Assembly: GCF_000027325.1 (NCBI RefSeq)
Contig: NC_000908.2
Coordinates: 548,077-580,076, forward strand
Reading direction: 5' to 3'
Length of the DNA stretch: 32,000 nucleotides
Source of the DNA: Mycoplasmoides genitalium G37
GTDB lineage: Bacteria > Bacillota_I > Bacilli_A > Mycoplasmatales > Mycoplasmoidaceae
Shown here: piece after piece, positions 19,565 to 30,505 of the stretch
How positions within the stretch are numbered: the first letter of the stretch is position 1
How the letters are laid out: each line of letters starts with the position of its first letter
The notes under the pieces: model-generated
What the model saw: the letters and a program-made list of their open reading frames with translations, nothing else
The model's database searches: none
What the model was told of the DNA's origin: nothing
Translations under genes and position numbers: made by a program

Positions 19565-20330
19565 TACAAATGTTTTGGTAAAGATTAAAGAGTTGACAAG
19601 GACTCAACTCTTGCGCTCTAATGCTAGTCTTTAAATTTTGCTTTTGAATAATGTTAAGTAAATAATCAACTGCAAAAAAATGCTTTAAGTTATTAATTAA
19701 CATCTTCCTTCTTTGATTGAAACATTGCTTTAAAAACAGACCAAACTTAAAGTCATAACTAACCGATTTATTTTTTTCTAATAATATTAAGGTTGAATCC
19801 ACCTTAGGTTTAGGTTTAAAAGCATGCCTATCAATTTTAAAAACTGTTGTAATAGTCAAATAGTATTGACAAAAAGCACCAAAGGCACTATAATCACTAG
19901 AATTAACCTTTGCCAGAAGCCGATTAGCAAACTCTTTTTGTGTCATTAAAACAAAGCTTCGAAGCTTTGATTCTAAAAACTTATTGATTATTGGAGATGT
20001 AATGCTATATGGGATATTACCACACAATAATGGACTTAAATTTTCAAAAAAACTATTAAAGTCCTTTTTGAGAATATCGCCTTTAACTAGTTGGTCTTCA
20101 GTTAATATCTTTTCAACTAGAAGATATTCAATTAAGCGTTTATCAATTTCTATCCCCTTGTAAGGTATTTTGAGTTTTAACAAATAATTTGTTAACGCTC
20201 CTTTACCAACACCTATTTCAACAATTGCTTGTGGATTTAAATTTTTAACAAAAGCAAAAATTCTTTTAATGACGCTTAAATTAACCGTAAAATTTTGACC
20301 TAATTTACGTGAAGGAAAAAAACTATTCAC
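19551..20330 (-). CDS. rsmA: 16S rRNA (adenine1518/1519-N6)-dimethyltransferase RsmA/KsgA
   Basis: 259-aa ORF. LGQNF, the SAM motif [11 protein letters not shown] and [10 protein letters not shown] are present. GTG start 20328-20330 overlaps the yidC stop by 8 nt. Confidence 0.9.
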   Translation of the reverse strand: MNSFFPSRKLGQNFTVNLSVIKRIFAFVKNLNPQAIVEIGVGKGALTNYLLKLKIPYKGIEIDKRLIEYLLVEKILTEDQLVKGDILKKDFNSFFENLSPLLCGNIPYSITSPIINKFLESKLRSFVLMTQKEFANRLLAKVNSSDYSAFGAFCQYYLTITTVFKIDRHAFKPKPKVDSTLILLEKNKSVSYDFKFGLFLKQCFNQRRKMLINNLKHFFAVDYLLNIIQKQNLKTSIRAQELSPCQLFNLYQNICNGKN

Positions 20331-21480
20331 GCTCTAAAATCAAATCTAATTTGGAATAATTTTGCTTTCTTTTTTCCCTTCTTTTGACAATGAAAACATG
20401 GGTTAAATAAGATTGTAATAAAGTAAACAAAGCATTTAAAAACCAATAAACACCAACTCCAGCAGCACTAAATGCAGTAATAGCAGCAAACACAAAGTAA
20501 AAAATTAATTGCATCTTTTTAGTTTTGTTGAGTTGTTCAATACTTTTTTGAGAATGGGCTTTCGCATTCTCATTACGCTTACTTGCCCACACTTGAGGAA
20601 GTTTTTGAGAGAGAAATTGGACTGGTAAAACAATCACTAAAAAGATGATGAAAGGTCAACCAGTTGTAGTGAAATTAGAGAAAATTTCTGTTAAAGGTAC
20701 TTTTGAAAGATCCCAAAAGTTAAATAAGATGATTGCTTTAATTGGTCTTAAAGTAGTAACAATCCTATAAATAATTAAAAAGATAGGTAAAGTTACAAAA
20801 ACTTGAACAAAAGCAGCAGATGATTTAATGTTGTGTTTTTTATAAAGTGACATTATCTCTAACTGTCTGTTTCTTTTACTTTGTAAATCTATTGCCCCTT
20901 TATATTTAGCGTTAATTTCTGCTAATTTACCTTGCACTTCATTCATCTTTTCAAGTGCTAAAGTAGAGTTTAAGGTAATCACAATAGTTATCAAGCGAAC
21001 TAATAGTAAAAGTACTATTAATGAAAGAATCATGTTAAACCCAAGTTCCACCCCGCTACCTAGTGGAACTCTGGTTGCATACATAATTGGTAAAACTATT
21101 TGCGCTGCAGGCCAGACAAATCATCCATAAAAAGGGCCATATGCTAAGGTGTAATCACTAAAGGTGAAATAAGGGCCAAAGTTATTTGAAATCAAATCAT
21201 ACCTATAATCACCAGTAGTACCAAATTTATAACCTATCTCAAGTCCTGAACCTAAGACTTGATTAGTACCTGTTCAGGGTTGTGCTAAGGTTTGAGTACA
21301 GCCCCAAAGCCCAACAATAGTTAAAAAAATAAAGATAAAAACCTTAATAACCTTTATGAAAATAGCTGAAAACTTTTTGAAGTTTTTTCAGTTGTTTTTT
21401 TCATTAACAACTGCTGCTGATCAAAAAGGATTAAAGGTGGTTTTTATCTCTTTATTTGTTTGCGCTAGTTTGATAGGCAT
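20323..21480 (-). CDS. yidC: Membrane protein insertase YidC/OxaA family
   Basis: Track pieces 20323..20637 and 20656..21084 extend upstream in the same frame through several TGA codons to ATG 21478-21480 (385 aa), and I found no TAA/TAG. It is polytopic, lies directly downstream of rnpA as in most bacteria, and has a basic C-terminal tail (KRREKRKQ). Confidence 0.88.
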
Positions 21481-21817
21481 CTACTTCTTTTATCCGCTTT
21501 AATAGTTGCAAAAAAAGTTTTTGTTTTTCTTTAAATGTTAATTCAATAAAGCCTTTGTTGACAATAACTAAAATATCTCAAGGTTCTAAATTATTACTAA
21601 TTTGTTGAAAGATACTACGGATCTGACGCTTAATTAGGTTACGTTGTACTGCTAGCTTATATTTAGTTTTTGCAATTGATATTGCAACCCTTCAAGTAGA
21701 ATGATTATTCTTAATAAAATAAGCGTTAATAAAGGTACCAAAGAACCTGGTTTTACTTTGAAGAATGGTTGTAAAAACCTTGCGTTCTCTTAAGCTGTGA
21801 CTCTTTTTAACGCTCAC
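21452..21817 (-). CDS. rnpA: Ribonuclease P protein component
   Basis: Not in the track. Hand translation from GTG 21815-21817 gives [69 protein letters not shown]... (121 aa, two TGA). This contains the RNR-type basic motif. TAA 21452-21454. It overlaps rpmH by 11 nt and yidC by 29 nt. Confidence 0.85.
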
Positions 21818-21953
21818 TGGAAACCGTGAGTTGAGCACGATTTTTAAAACGTCTTTGCCTTAAAACTTTACGTCCTTGTGCAGTTGCCATCCTAGCCATA
21901 AAACCATGGGTTTTAGCACGCTTTAATTTGCTTGGTTGGTATGTTCGTTTCAT
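21807..21953 (-). CDS. rpmH: 50S ribosomal protein L34 (bL34)
   Basis: Not in the track (48 aa). Sequence: [51 protein letters not shown] 21951-21953, TAA 21807-21809. Confidence 0.93.
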   Translation of the reverse strand: MKRTYQPSKLKRAKTHGFMARMATAQGRKVLRQRRFKNRAQLTVSSER

Positions 21954-21978
21954 GAAACAATTAATCAGGTGATTATAA

Positions 21979-22914
21979 CTAAACTAAGGGTCTGACTAAT
22001 TGGTTAGATACTATTTTACCATCTGAAATTTTAATGATTCTATTAGCTATCCTTGTTAGGCTTACATCATGGGTAACCATTAGGATGGTTTGCTTATATG
22101 TTTTGTTAATTGTTTGTAATAAATTAATGATATTTTCCGCAGAATTACTATCAAGTGCACCAGTAGGTTCATCACAAAGTAATAGTTTAGGTTCTTTAAT
22201 AATAGCACGGGCGATGGCCACTCTTTGTTTTTGCCCACCTGACATCTCATAAGGAAATTTATACAAGATTTCTTTAATATCTAATTTTTCAGCCAACTCT
22301 TCTATATCAAGTCGTCTTTGATATTTGGGAATTAAGTTTTGTGAAATGGCAATATTATCATAAGCACTTAACAATTCAATCAGATTATAACGCTGATAGA
22401 CATAACCAAGGTTATTCTTTCGATAAGTTAAAAGTTGTTCACTAGTACATTTTTCTAATGGACAGTTTGCTACGATACAACTCCCTAACGAGATAGAATC
22501 ATAACCACCTATCAGGTTTAAAAGGGTTGTTTTACCTGATCCTGAAGAACCTAAAATGATTACTATTTCACCATAAGCTATCTGTAAAGAAACATCTGAA
22601 AGGATAGAAATCTCTTGCTTTGAATCATCATTATGAACATTTTTTCACATCTTATTGATGGTAATAACAATTCCCTTAGCTTGTTGAGCAAAAGGAGGGA
22701 TATATAAGGTATTGGCTTTTTGCTTTTTATTAGCTTTCTTTTTGAGCTTTAGCTCAGCTTTTTTAATGTTATTTAAAACTTTTTTATTCTTCTTAGGAGG
22801 TTTAGATTTACTCTTTTTGAAATAATCATCGAAATTGGCACTAAAAGAAGGACTTTTAACGTTATCTAAGATATCAATACATTCATTTCAAACAGTTTTA
22901 TTGCCTTTTTTCAT
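21979..22914 (-). CDS. ABC transporter ATP-binding protein with Lys-rich N-terminal extension
   Basis: The track shows only the last 131 aa. The frame is open upstream (TGA at 22645 and 22888) to ATG 22912-22914 (311 aa). Motifs: Walker [10 protein letters not shown], signature MSGGQKQR and Walker B LLLCDEPT. About 130 residues precede Walker A, including [13 protein letters not shown]...[11 protein letters not shown]. Confidence 0.9.
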
Positions 22915-22917
22915 TAA

Positions 22918-25900
22918 CTAAAACCCTTCCTTCAGTTCAGCTGAGCGTAACTTAATTCAAAAGTAAGAACCAATTACAAAGATAGTAACACCAAATAATA
23001 CTATCCCTACCATGTATGGCAAGAACTCAAATACATTAGTTAAAAAGACTTGTGCAACATTGAAAACAACCGCTTGGATACCAATTAAAACACCAGCTAA
23101 AACTCCAATAGAAATTAGTAATGCTAAAACAAATGCAGGGATAAAGAAGGTAAGTAAACTAATTAAATTTTGTACATCTCTATAGCCAATAGCCTTAAGT
23201 GAAATAAAGATTCTTTTCATCTCTTCTAACATTGAGATACCAAGTACAACACAAGTAATGAAAATGAAAGGAATAATAGTTCCTAAAAGAAACGCATCTA
23301 CTTGATTCACAGTGTTAAACAAAACTTCAGCATTATTTCTAATGATCTGAGCACTAGTTCCAGCTGCATCAATATTGAGTACAGGAGCAATAATGTTATT
23401 ACCAAAAATACTACTTGCATTTTGGGAAAGTAAATTAACACTATTTCATTCTGTTTTGTATTTATTAACTAGTTCTTTACGAAGCGATTCATAATTCATT
23501 GAAGTAGTATTAATAATCTGTTTTTCTTGTGCTAACTTATTAATAATTTCAGGATCAGTAGGTAGTATGGATGTAATAACTTTATCAAGTTTATTCCTTA
23601 CTAAATTTTGGAAATTATTACCAAAGTCAGTGAAATTACCCCAAACACCAATTATCGAGTTTAATACTAATGCCTTATTTAATAAAGAAGGTTTTAATTC
23701 TTTGGAAAATACACCATTAAAAGGAACATAACCGTTTGGTTTTACATAATCAATTTCATATTCATCACTACTTTGAGATTGGCCATTTGTCTTTTTAATA
23801 ACATCTCTAATAATACCTCTGCCCTGATTACCACTTAGTTTTAATAAGTTATTAGCAATGTGTTGGTTAATATAAAGTTCTTGTCCAAAAGCATCAGTAG
23901 AAACACCAACAACTTTAAATGCTACTGTTGAATTATTTAAGGGTGCTTTTAGAAATTTTTCAGAGTATCTTGTGGCAGTATTTTTCGGTTTTATATAAAC
24001 ATAATCACCAATATTAATGTTGTTAGCATATTGAAAACCAGCATTAACAATTACATTCATTTCCTGATCAGAACTAATTAAATTTCTTAAAGAGTTACCA
24101 CTACCATCTATCAGATTAACAAAACTTGATTCAGGGTTAATCCCTGTTAAAGTGTATGGTGAATTCTCATCAAGATTATCTTCTTGAAAACCAAATGGGC
24201 CTTCAACATAAGTGTAGGTTTCTTCTATGGCAGGGTCAACAGGAACAATCCCAAAATTTAACTTAGAATCTTGTTTTGCAAGTTCAAAATCCCCATAAAC
24301 TTTCAACATAAAACTAAGAAAGCTATCATTAAATTTAACCCCACCAGGATTAAATACATCAATTGTAGTTAGTACCCTACTAGCATCTAACTGAATTTGA
24401 TTAGTTCTAGGGTTTCTAATTAAAAACCCATTAGCATTTAAGTTATTGAAAAAGTCATCAGTTAATACTGAAATTAAAAACTGATCACTAGATGCTGAAA
24501 GTAACTGAGTAATCTGTTTAGGAATTGATTTTTCAACAATTTCCCAAGGGTTAATGTTAGAACCGCCAACCCTAATAGGAAAGTCAATAATCCATTTTGA
24601 TAGAGAGGCATGCCTAAAGAAATTCTCATCAGTGTTTAACTGTTGAGCACCACCATAACTAGGCAAAAGTAAGTTGCCCAATTCAAGCTCAGTTCCATCT
24701 GCTGCTTTTATTGGTTGATCCTGGCGGTTTTTAAGTTTTAAATTACTTGGTTTATAAGGGTGCTCATTTTGAGAATTTGCTTGAACACTTTCGTTATACA
24801 AGGTTTTAATACCATTATTATTATCAGTAACTCCAAAGTGTGAATAGGGTTGAATTGCATACCATCCAGATTGCTCTGTTGGTGTTTGTAAATTCAACTT
24901 ATAGTTAAAGTTTCTATTTAAGGAAGTGCTTGTTTGTGCTGCACTAAATTTTTGGGGAATAGTACCTGCAATCCCAATTAATAAAAGTGCAACTGAACTC
25001 AATCCTACATAGGTAAATAAACGTGAAAAACGTGAAACGATTAATGAAACCCTAAACTTGGTCAAGGGTGACATTGTATGACTTTTATGTTTTAAAAGAT
25101 GAAGAAGAACTGAAAACTTGGTCTCATTGCCTTGATCAATTAAGACATTAACAGGTTTACTAAACAACTGTTTAAAGGCAATTCAACTAATAAATTCAAA
25201 AACAAAAAAGGTTATAAAGAAAGAACCAAAAAACGATAACCAGTTAAAGCTATTTTCAGGTAAAGCAATAAACCAATACCTATTTATGATTCCCTTTACT
25301 TGTCCTTCTAGAAGAAAGGCAAATAAAACTCCTAAAAAACTAGAAACAATTGCAACAATACCAGCAAACACACTCATTCCAACAATAAATTTAGTTGTTG
25401 AAAATCCCCCTGCTCTGATAATAGAAAACTCAGTTTGATTCTTTTTAATAAATGACTTAATTAAAAGAATAATTAAATAAAGAGCAAGAATAATCAAAAA
25501 TATAGCAATAACAGTACTTACTATTGCCAAATAGCTTTGCACTAAATCAGGAAAATAGTTTCTTGCTGTTGTCAGATAATTAAACTTAGAAATATCTTTA
25601 ACATTAAATGCTAAATCACTTCTAGGAACATCTAGATATCCCTCTAATCTATTAGCAATAAACTGCACTGGGTCTTGGTCAGTGTGCTGTTTTAAATCTG
25701 TTGACTTAAAAGCATAATAATTTTCTTGGTTAGCTGCTGGTACAGCAAACAGAATACTTCTGTAAGCTTGATCATTAACAAAGATTAACGCTTCATCTTG
25801 GGTATTAGGCAACGGAGATTGTAAAGATAACACTGGGTAACCAGTTTCTACTGATTCACCTATACCTAAAATTGCAAATGTTAGTCCGTTAATACTAAAT

Positions 25901-28269
25901 TTATAACGATCAGGTAGATCATTTAACCAGTTAGGGAAATTGTTTGGTGTTTGCAATGCAGTTTTTCAAGCATATTCCCCTTCCTGGGGAAGAATTTCTT
26001 TATTGTGTCTAAACAACCATTGTTGAGAAACAACCGCTCCGTGTGCTTCAGGGGTTTGCACAACTAAATTTTGTTGATCAGTAGGTAATATTAATGGATT
26101 GACCCCATTTTTAACAGTAATAGGGATCTCAAGCATTTGGCGATTTGTCTCTATTAATTCATTAGGATCTTGAAAAGCAGGAGTAAAATAACTTAAAAGT
26201 GCAAGATAATTATTAGCTGCTTTTCGTTTATCTTCTTCCTTAAGATTATTAAATCCATTGGCATCTAAATTAGTTCATTGTTTTAAAGCATCTAAAGCAG
26301 TAGTTGGGATATTAGTAGCTTCTGGTAATTGGGCTTGAGCAATAATATTTGCTAACTTTGGATAAATGGGAAATTTAGTAGATTTTGGACTTAAAGCTTG
26401 GGTATTTTTTAAACTAGCAGTCATTCCACCACTACTGGTGCTTGGTTTAAATTCATAATCAATTTTTTGTAAAAATCCATTATTAGCATCTTGACCACCA
26501 TAAATTGTGTCTAAAGGGTTTGATTCATTTTGCTCAGGTTTAAATAACCAAGATTTAAGATCAACGCCATCAATTAAAGAAAGATCGTTGTATCTCTGTT
26601 CATCTTTGTTGGAAACTAAAAAACTTGCTGACTCTGCTGAACTAACATTGTTAGCTATTGCGATATTTTGCTTTGAATAATCAATGTTATTGAAAGCAGT
26701 GGCTTTTAAAAAATGATCACGGTACTTTTCTAAAAGATCAACTGTTTTTTTAACAAGATCCTCTTGAAAGATACTACGTCATTGATCAAGTACTGCTGCA
26801 TAAACTGCATCAAGGGTTTTTTCAGGAGTGTTATTGGACTGGTGAATTTTATTGTATGCAGTTTGAACATTTGAAAAGTTAGGATCAGCTATTCCATTAC
26901 TTGCTTGACTGTTTTGATTTTGAACTAATTGGAGATTGTTGCTTGAAGGTTGAAAAGAAAGATTATTATTTCTTACCATCATTCCATTCTGAGTTTTAAA
27001 GATTGTGTCTTTATCACTATCACTAAAACCTGGTAAGGAATTGAGAATTGTATCTTTCTCAGATTCAACTTTCTTTTTAAGTCAATCTTTATTAATTTTT
27101 AGTTCAAATTTCTTAAGTTGCTTAAGTTTATTTTCAAGATCTCAATCTCCAAAAGAGGAATTATTGGCTATAGTTTTAGCATTAGTTTCTAACCACTTTA
27201 ACTGTTCATTATCTAGCTTATTTAATTTAGAAATATCTAAATTAAAAGTTAATGTAAAACTTTGATTATCTTTACTTTCTTTTTGGGTTTGAAATTCTTC
27301 AACAATTTCTTTAAAAGGATTGACATCTTTCCAAAATTGAGAACCAGGATCGATTTCTAAATCAATTGGGATGTTTGCATAAAGATTGGGAAATCAGTTA
27401 GCAGCTTCATTACCACCTGTAAATAGATAGTTAGCAGATATATCAGTATTATCTGCTTTGGTCTCATCACTCTTAAACCAAACTTTATCTTTGTTATTGG
27501 TTTTATAAAGTGAATTAACAGTACTGTCTTTTTGTGGATCATTGTTTGTTTGTTGCTTTTGTGTAATTTTTACTTGTGTTCCTGTGCTTTTTCCTTTATC
27601 ACCAGGAAAACGCGCAATGCCAGCACGCAATGAGATAGTTTCTTTAATTAAACCATCAGCAAAATAACCTAGAAGGTTACCACTAGCATCATAAATAAGG
27701 TTTTGAGGGTCTGATATTATGTGTCTATTTGTAATGGAATCACTAATATCACTACCATTAAAAGAATCAGTATTATTAAAAGAAACTGCTAACCCTTTAT
27801 AAATTCTTTTTTCAGCAATATTGGCTTCTCCATATGCTTTTAAAATACCTCTTTTTCTTGCTAAAAAGAGTTTATCTTTTTCATTAACATCGCCTTTGCG
27901 GGGAATGGTTTTGTTTTGGTTATCACCACTACCATTACTTTGTCCTGAATCACTTCCAAAATCATTTTCTTGATAAGGAAAAAGATAGTTAATTTTTTTA
28001 TCATCTATCTTTATTTTGGAAAAATAACCACTATCATTAGTTAAACTGGCTATATAAACAGGATTAGCTTCCTTTAAAATAGCAGGAGCTACTATATCAG
28101 AAGAGTTAGTTTTAGATACTAATGTAGTGTAGGTACTAACTAAGTTGTTACTTAACTGAACAATAGATGTTTCAAGGAAAATAATGCTAAATAAAACAAA
28201 GATAATTCCAAATAATAAAAAGAAGAACTTTTTAAGCGATTTAAATATCTGTTTAAAAAAAGAAAACAT
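22918..28269 (-). CDS. Giant ABC transporter permease with two FtsX/MacB-type membrane modules (1783 aa)
   Basis: The five track pieces (22957, 23446, 25183, 26779, 27394 series) and the unlisted stretches all lie in one frame. I checked every gap and found TGA only. ATG 28267-28269, TAG 22918-22920. The layout is an N-terminal TM helix, a large hydrophilic domain, a TM cluster (..FSIIRAGGFSTTKFIVG..), a second large hydrophilic domain, and a C-terminal FtsX-like cluster (..ISLKAIGYRDVQNLISLL..). Confidence 0.88.
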
Positions 28270-28274
28270 CTCAA

Positions 28275-29129
28275 TTAAACTCAGTTAATTTGTTCGATGG
28301 TTTTTGGATTCTGATTTAAATAATCAACGATTATCTTGCCATCATGGATTTTAATTACCCGTTTAGCTAATTCCACTATCTTTTCGTTGTGGGTAACTAT
28401 TACTATAGTAGTACCTTTGTCACGATTATATTCCACAAAAAATTGCAATATTTTTTTGGAAATATCAATATTAACTGCTCCAGTAGGTTCATCACCAAAC
28501 AAAATTTTAGGTTCTTTAATTAAAGCCCGAGCAATAGCAACACGTTGTTGTTGTCCACCAGAGAGTTTATGAACTTTCTTATGTCTATGTTCTTTTAATT
28601 CCAAGCGTTCTAATAATTCTTCAAGATTATTATTAAACCTTTTTTTTAATGGTAGAGCAAGCTTAATATTATCATCAACGTCAAGATCACGCAATAAACC
28701 ATATTGTTGAAAAATATAACCAACGTTTTTATTTCTTAACGCGGTTAGTTTTGCATCACTACAACATATGGTGTTAGTTCCACAAACAAAACTATCGCCG
28801 CTAGTTGGTCGATCTAATGCGGAAATTAAAGAAAGTAAGCTGGTTTTACCACTACCAGATTTACCAAGAATAACAACAAATTCTCCTGGAAGAATTTTTA
28901 AATTAATGTGGTTACAAATAAGTTGGTTGTTAATGCCATTTGTAACAGCTTTACAAACTTCTTTGAAGTAAATATCATACTTTTTAGCTTCAAATGAATT
29001 AAGTGATTTTCTTTTGGGGTGCTTTTTATTTAACTTTTTAATTAATTTAGATGCTTTTTTACTAACAGCAAAATCTGATGATTTTAAGTAAATATCAAAC
29101 TTTTTGTTCTCTTTTGTTTTTAAAACCAT
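28275..29129 (-). CDS. ABC transporter ATP-binding protein (second ATPase of the module)
   Basis: Motifs: Walker [10 protein letters not shown], signature LSGGQQQR and Walker B ILFGDEPT. The track stop 28281-28283 is TGA; the real stop is TAA 28275-28277 (..EQINWV). I prefer ATG 29127-29129 to the track TTG at 29135. 284 aa. Confidence 0.9.
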
Positions 29130-29191
29130 AAACAATCATTAAGTCATCTAAAAAAATACCCTGAGAACACTATTAGAAAATTTTAATTTTG

Positions 29192-30505
29192 CTAAATTAC
29201 TAATGATGTAATTACATCCCGTAATGAACTGTCATTTTCAATCATTTTAGCAACTCTTTTAACTGCCATTAATACACTTGAATGACTTCTCTTAAATATT
29301 TTGCCAATTTGTTGAAATTGCATGTTGTACTTTTGACGCAAAAGGTAATTACACACATCACGAACACGGACAAGTTCTGCTTTACGATTTTCTGAAAGTA
29401 CACTGTCCATAGGAACATTAAATCTACGGCAAACGTTCTCTATTAATAAATAAGGATCAAAGCTCTTTTTATGAAACTTCTCAAATTCTTCAAAAAGAAT
29501 TTCTTTTAAATTTTCAGTATTTATTAAATTTTGTTTTGAAGTTTTAGCAAAAAATAATAACTTTGTTGCAATTCCATTTAAAGCACGCACATCGTTACCT
29601 GAAATTTGTGCTGCATCATGTCTTGCCTCATTAGTTATTTGGATGTTAGGATCTTTTTCTTTTAATTTAACAGTAAGTATTTCACAAAGTGAAGACAAAT
29701 TATGCTTTTCTATCTTTAGTAATAATCCTGATTTAAAGCGAGAAATCATTCTTGCATCAATATCAATTAGTTCATCAGGAGCCTTATCAGAAACTAAAAC
29801 AATTTGTTTTTTATTTAGAACTAGGTTATTAAAAATATTGAAAAGAATTTCTAAGGTTTTTTCTTTTCTGCCAAATATTTGAGTGTCATCTATTAAAACT
29901 AAATCTAAATTTTCATAATTTTTTTTTAGTTTTTCTATACCTTTATCCCTTTGATAAAAAGCATCAACAACTTCTTGGGCAAAATCACTTGAAACAACAT
30001 ACTTTACTCTGGCATTTGGAAAATTACGAAATTTTTCATTTCCTATTGCTTGTAGTAGGTGAGTTTTACCAAGACCGGTTTCTCCGTAAATAAAAAGCGG
30101 TGAAAATTCGTTATCTTGAGTTTCAGCTAATCTAACGCCTGCTTCATAAGCTCTTTTATTTCCTTCACTAATTACAAAGTTTTGAAAAGTATAGTTTTTA
30201 CTCAATCCAGAATTTTGATAAAGAGTATCACGACTATTTTCTTCTAATTTTGCTAAGTTAAAAAAGAAATCTTGCTCATTAACAAAATTAACACTTTTAA
30301 TTCCTTCATACAAACTTTCAGCTAAATGAATAATTTCAGAATTATCATTTAAGGAATTACGAGCAAATTCATTTTCTAAAAGAATTAAAAGAACATTATT
30401 TTTAAATACGAAACGATTAATGTCTTTAATGTATTTATCATGAAAACCTATTGTTTTTTCATAATGCTTTTTTAATAGAGATTTAAAGGCATTAAATTGT
30501 TCCAT
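29192..30505 (-). CDS. dnaA: Chromosomal replication initiator protein DnaA
   Basis: Intact 437-aa ORF. The AAA+ Walker A GETGLGKTHL, Walker B LVLIDDTQ and the C-terminal DnaA-box-binding helix-turn-helix region (IGKIFKRSHSSVLMAVKRV) are present. Confidence 0.98.
   Translation of the reverse strand: MEQFNAFKSLLKKHYEKTIGFHDKYIKDINRFVFKNNVLLILLENEFARNSLNDNSEIIHLAESLYEGIKSVNFVNEQDFFFNLAKLEENSRDTLYQNSGLSKNYTFQNFVISEGNKRAYEAGVRLAETQDNEFSPLFIYGETGLGKTHLLQAIGNEKFRNFPNARVKYVVSSDFAQEVVDAFYQRDKGIEKLKKNYENLDLVLIDDTQIFGRKEKTLEILFNIFNNLVLNKKQIVLVSDKAPDELIDIDARMISRFKSGLLLKIEKHNLSSLCEILTVKLKEKDPNIQITNEARHDAAQISGNDVRALNGIATKLLFFAKTSKQNLINTENLKEILFEEFEKFHKKSFDPYLLIENVCRRFNVPMDSVLSENRKAELVRVRDVCNYLLRQKYNMQFQQIGKIFKRSHSSVLMAVKRVAKMIENDSSLRDVITSLVI

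Noticed and set aside
22034-22252. Plus-strand 72-aa ORF in the downstream ABC ATPase gene (similar ones at 28336..28572 and 28768..28971 in the upstream ATPase)
   Set aside because: These are classic antisense shadows opposite the signature/Walker B regions of ABC ATPases.
27005-27542. Track ORFs 27005..27265 (+) and 27357..27542 (-) inside the permease gene
   Set aside because: They are out of frame or antisense relative to the single 1783-codon permease frame, which I verified has no TAA/TAG.
29643-29882. Plus-strand 79-aa ORF in dnaA
   Set aside because: It is antisense to the conserved DnaA AAA+ domain.
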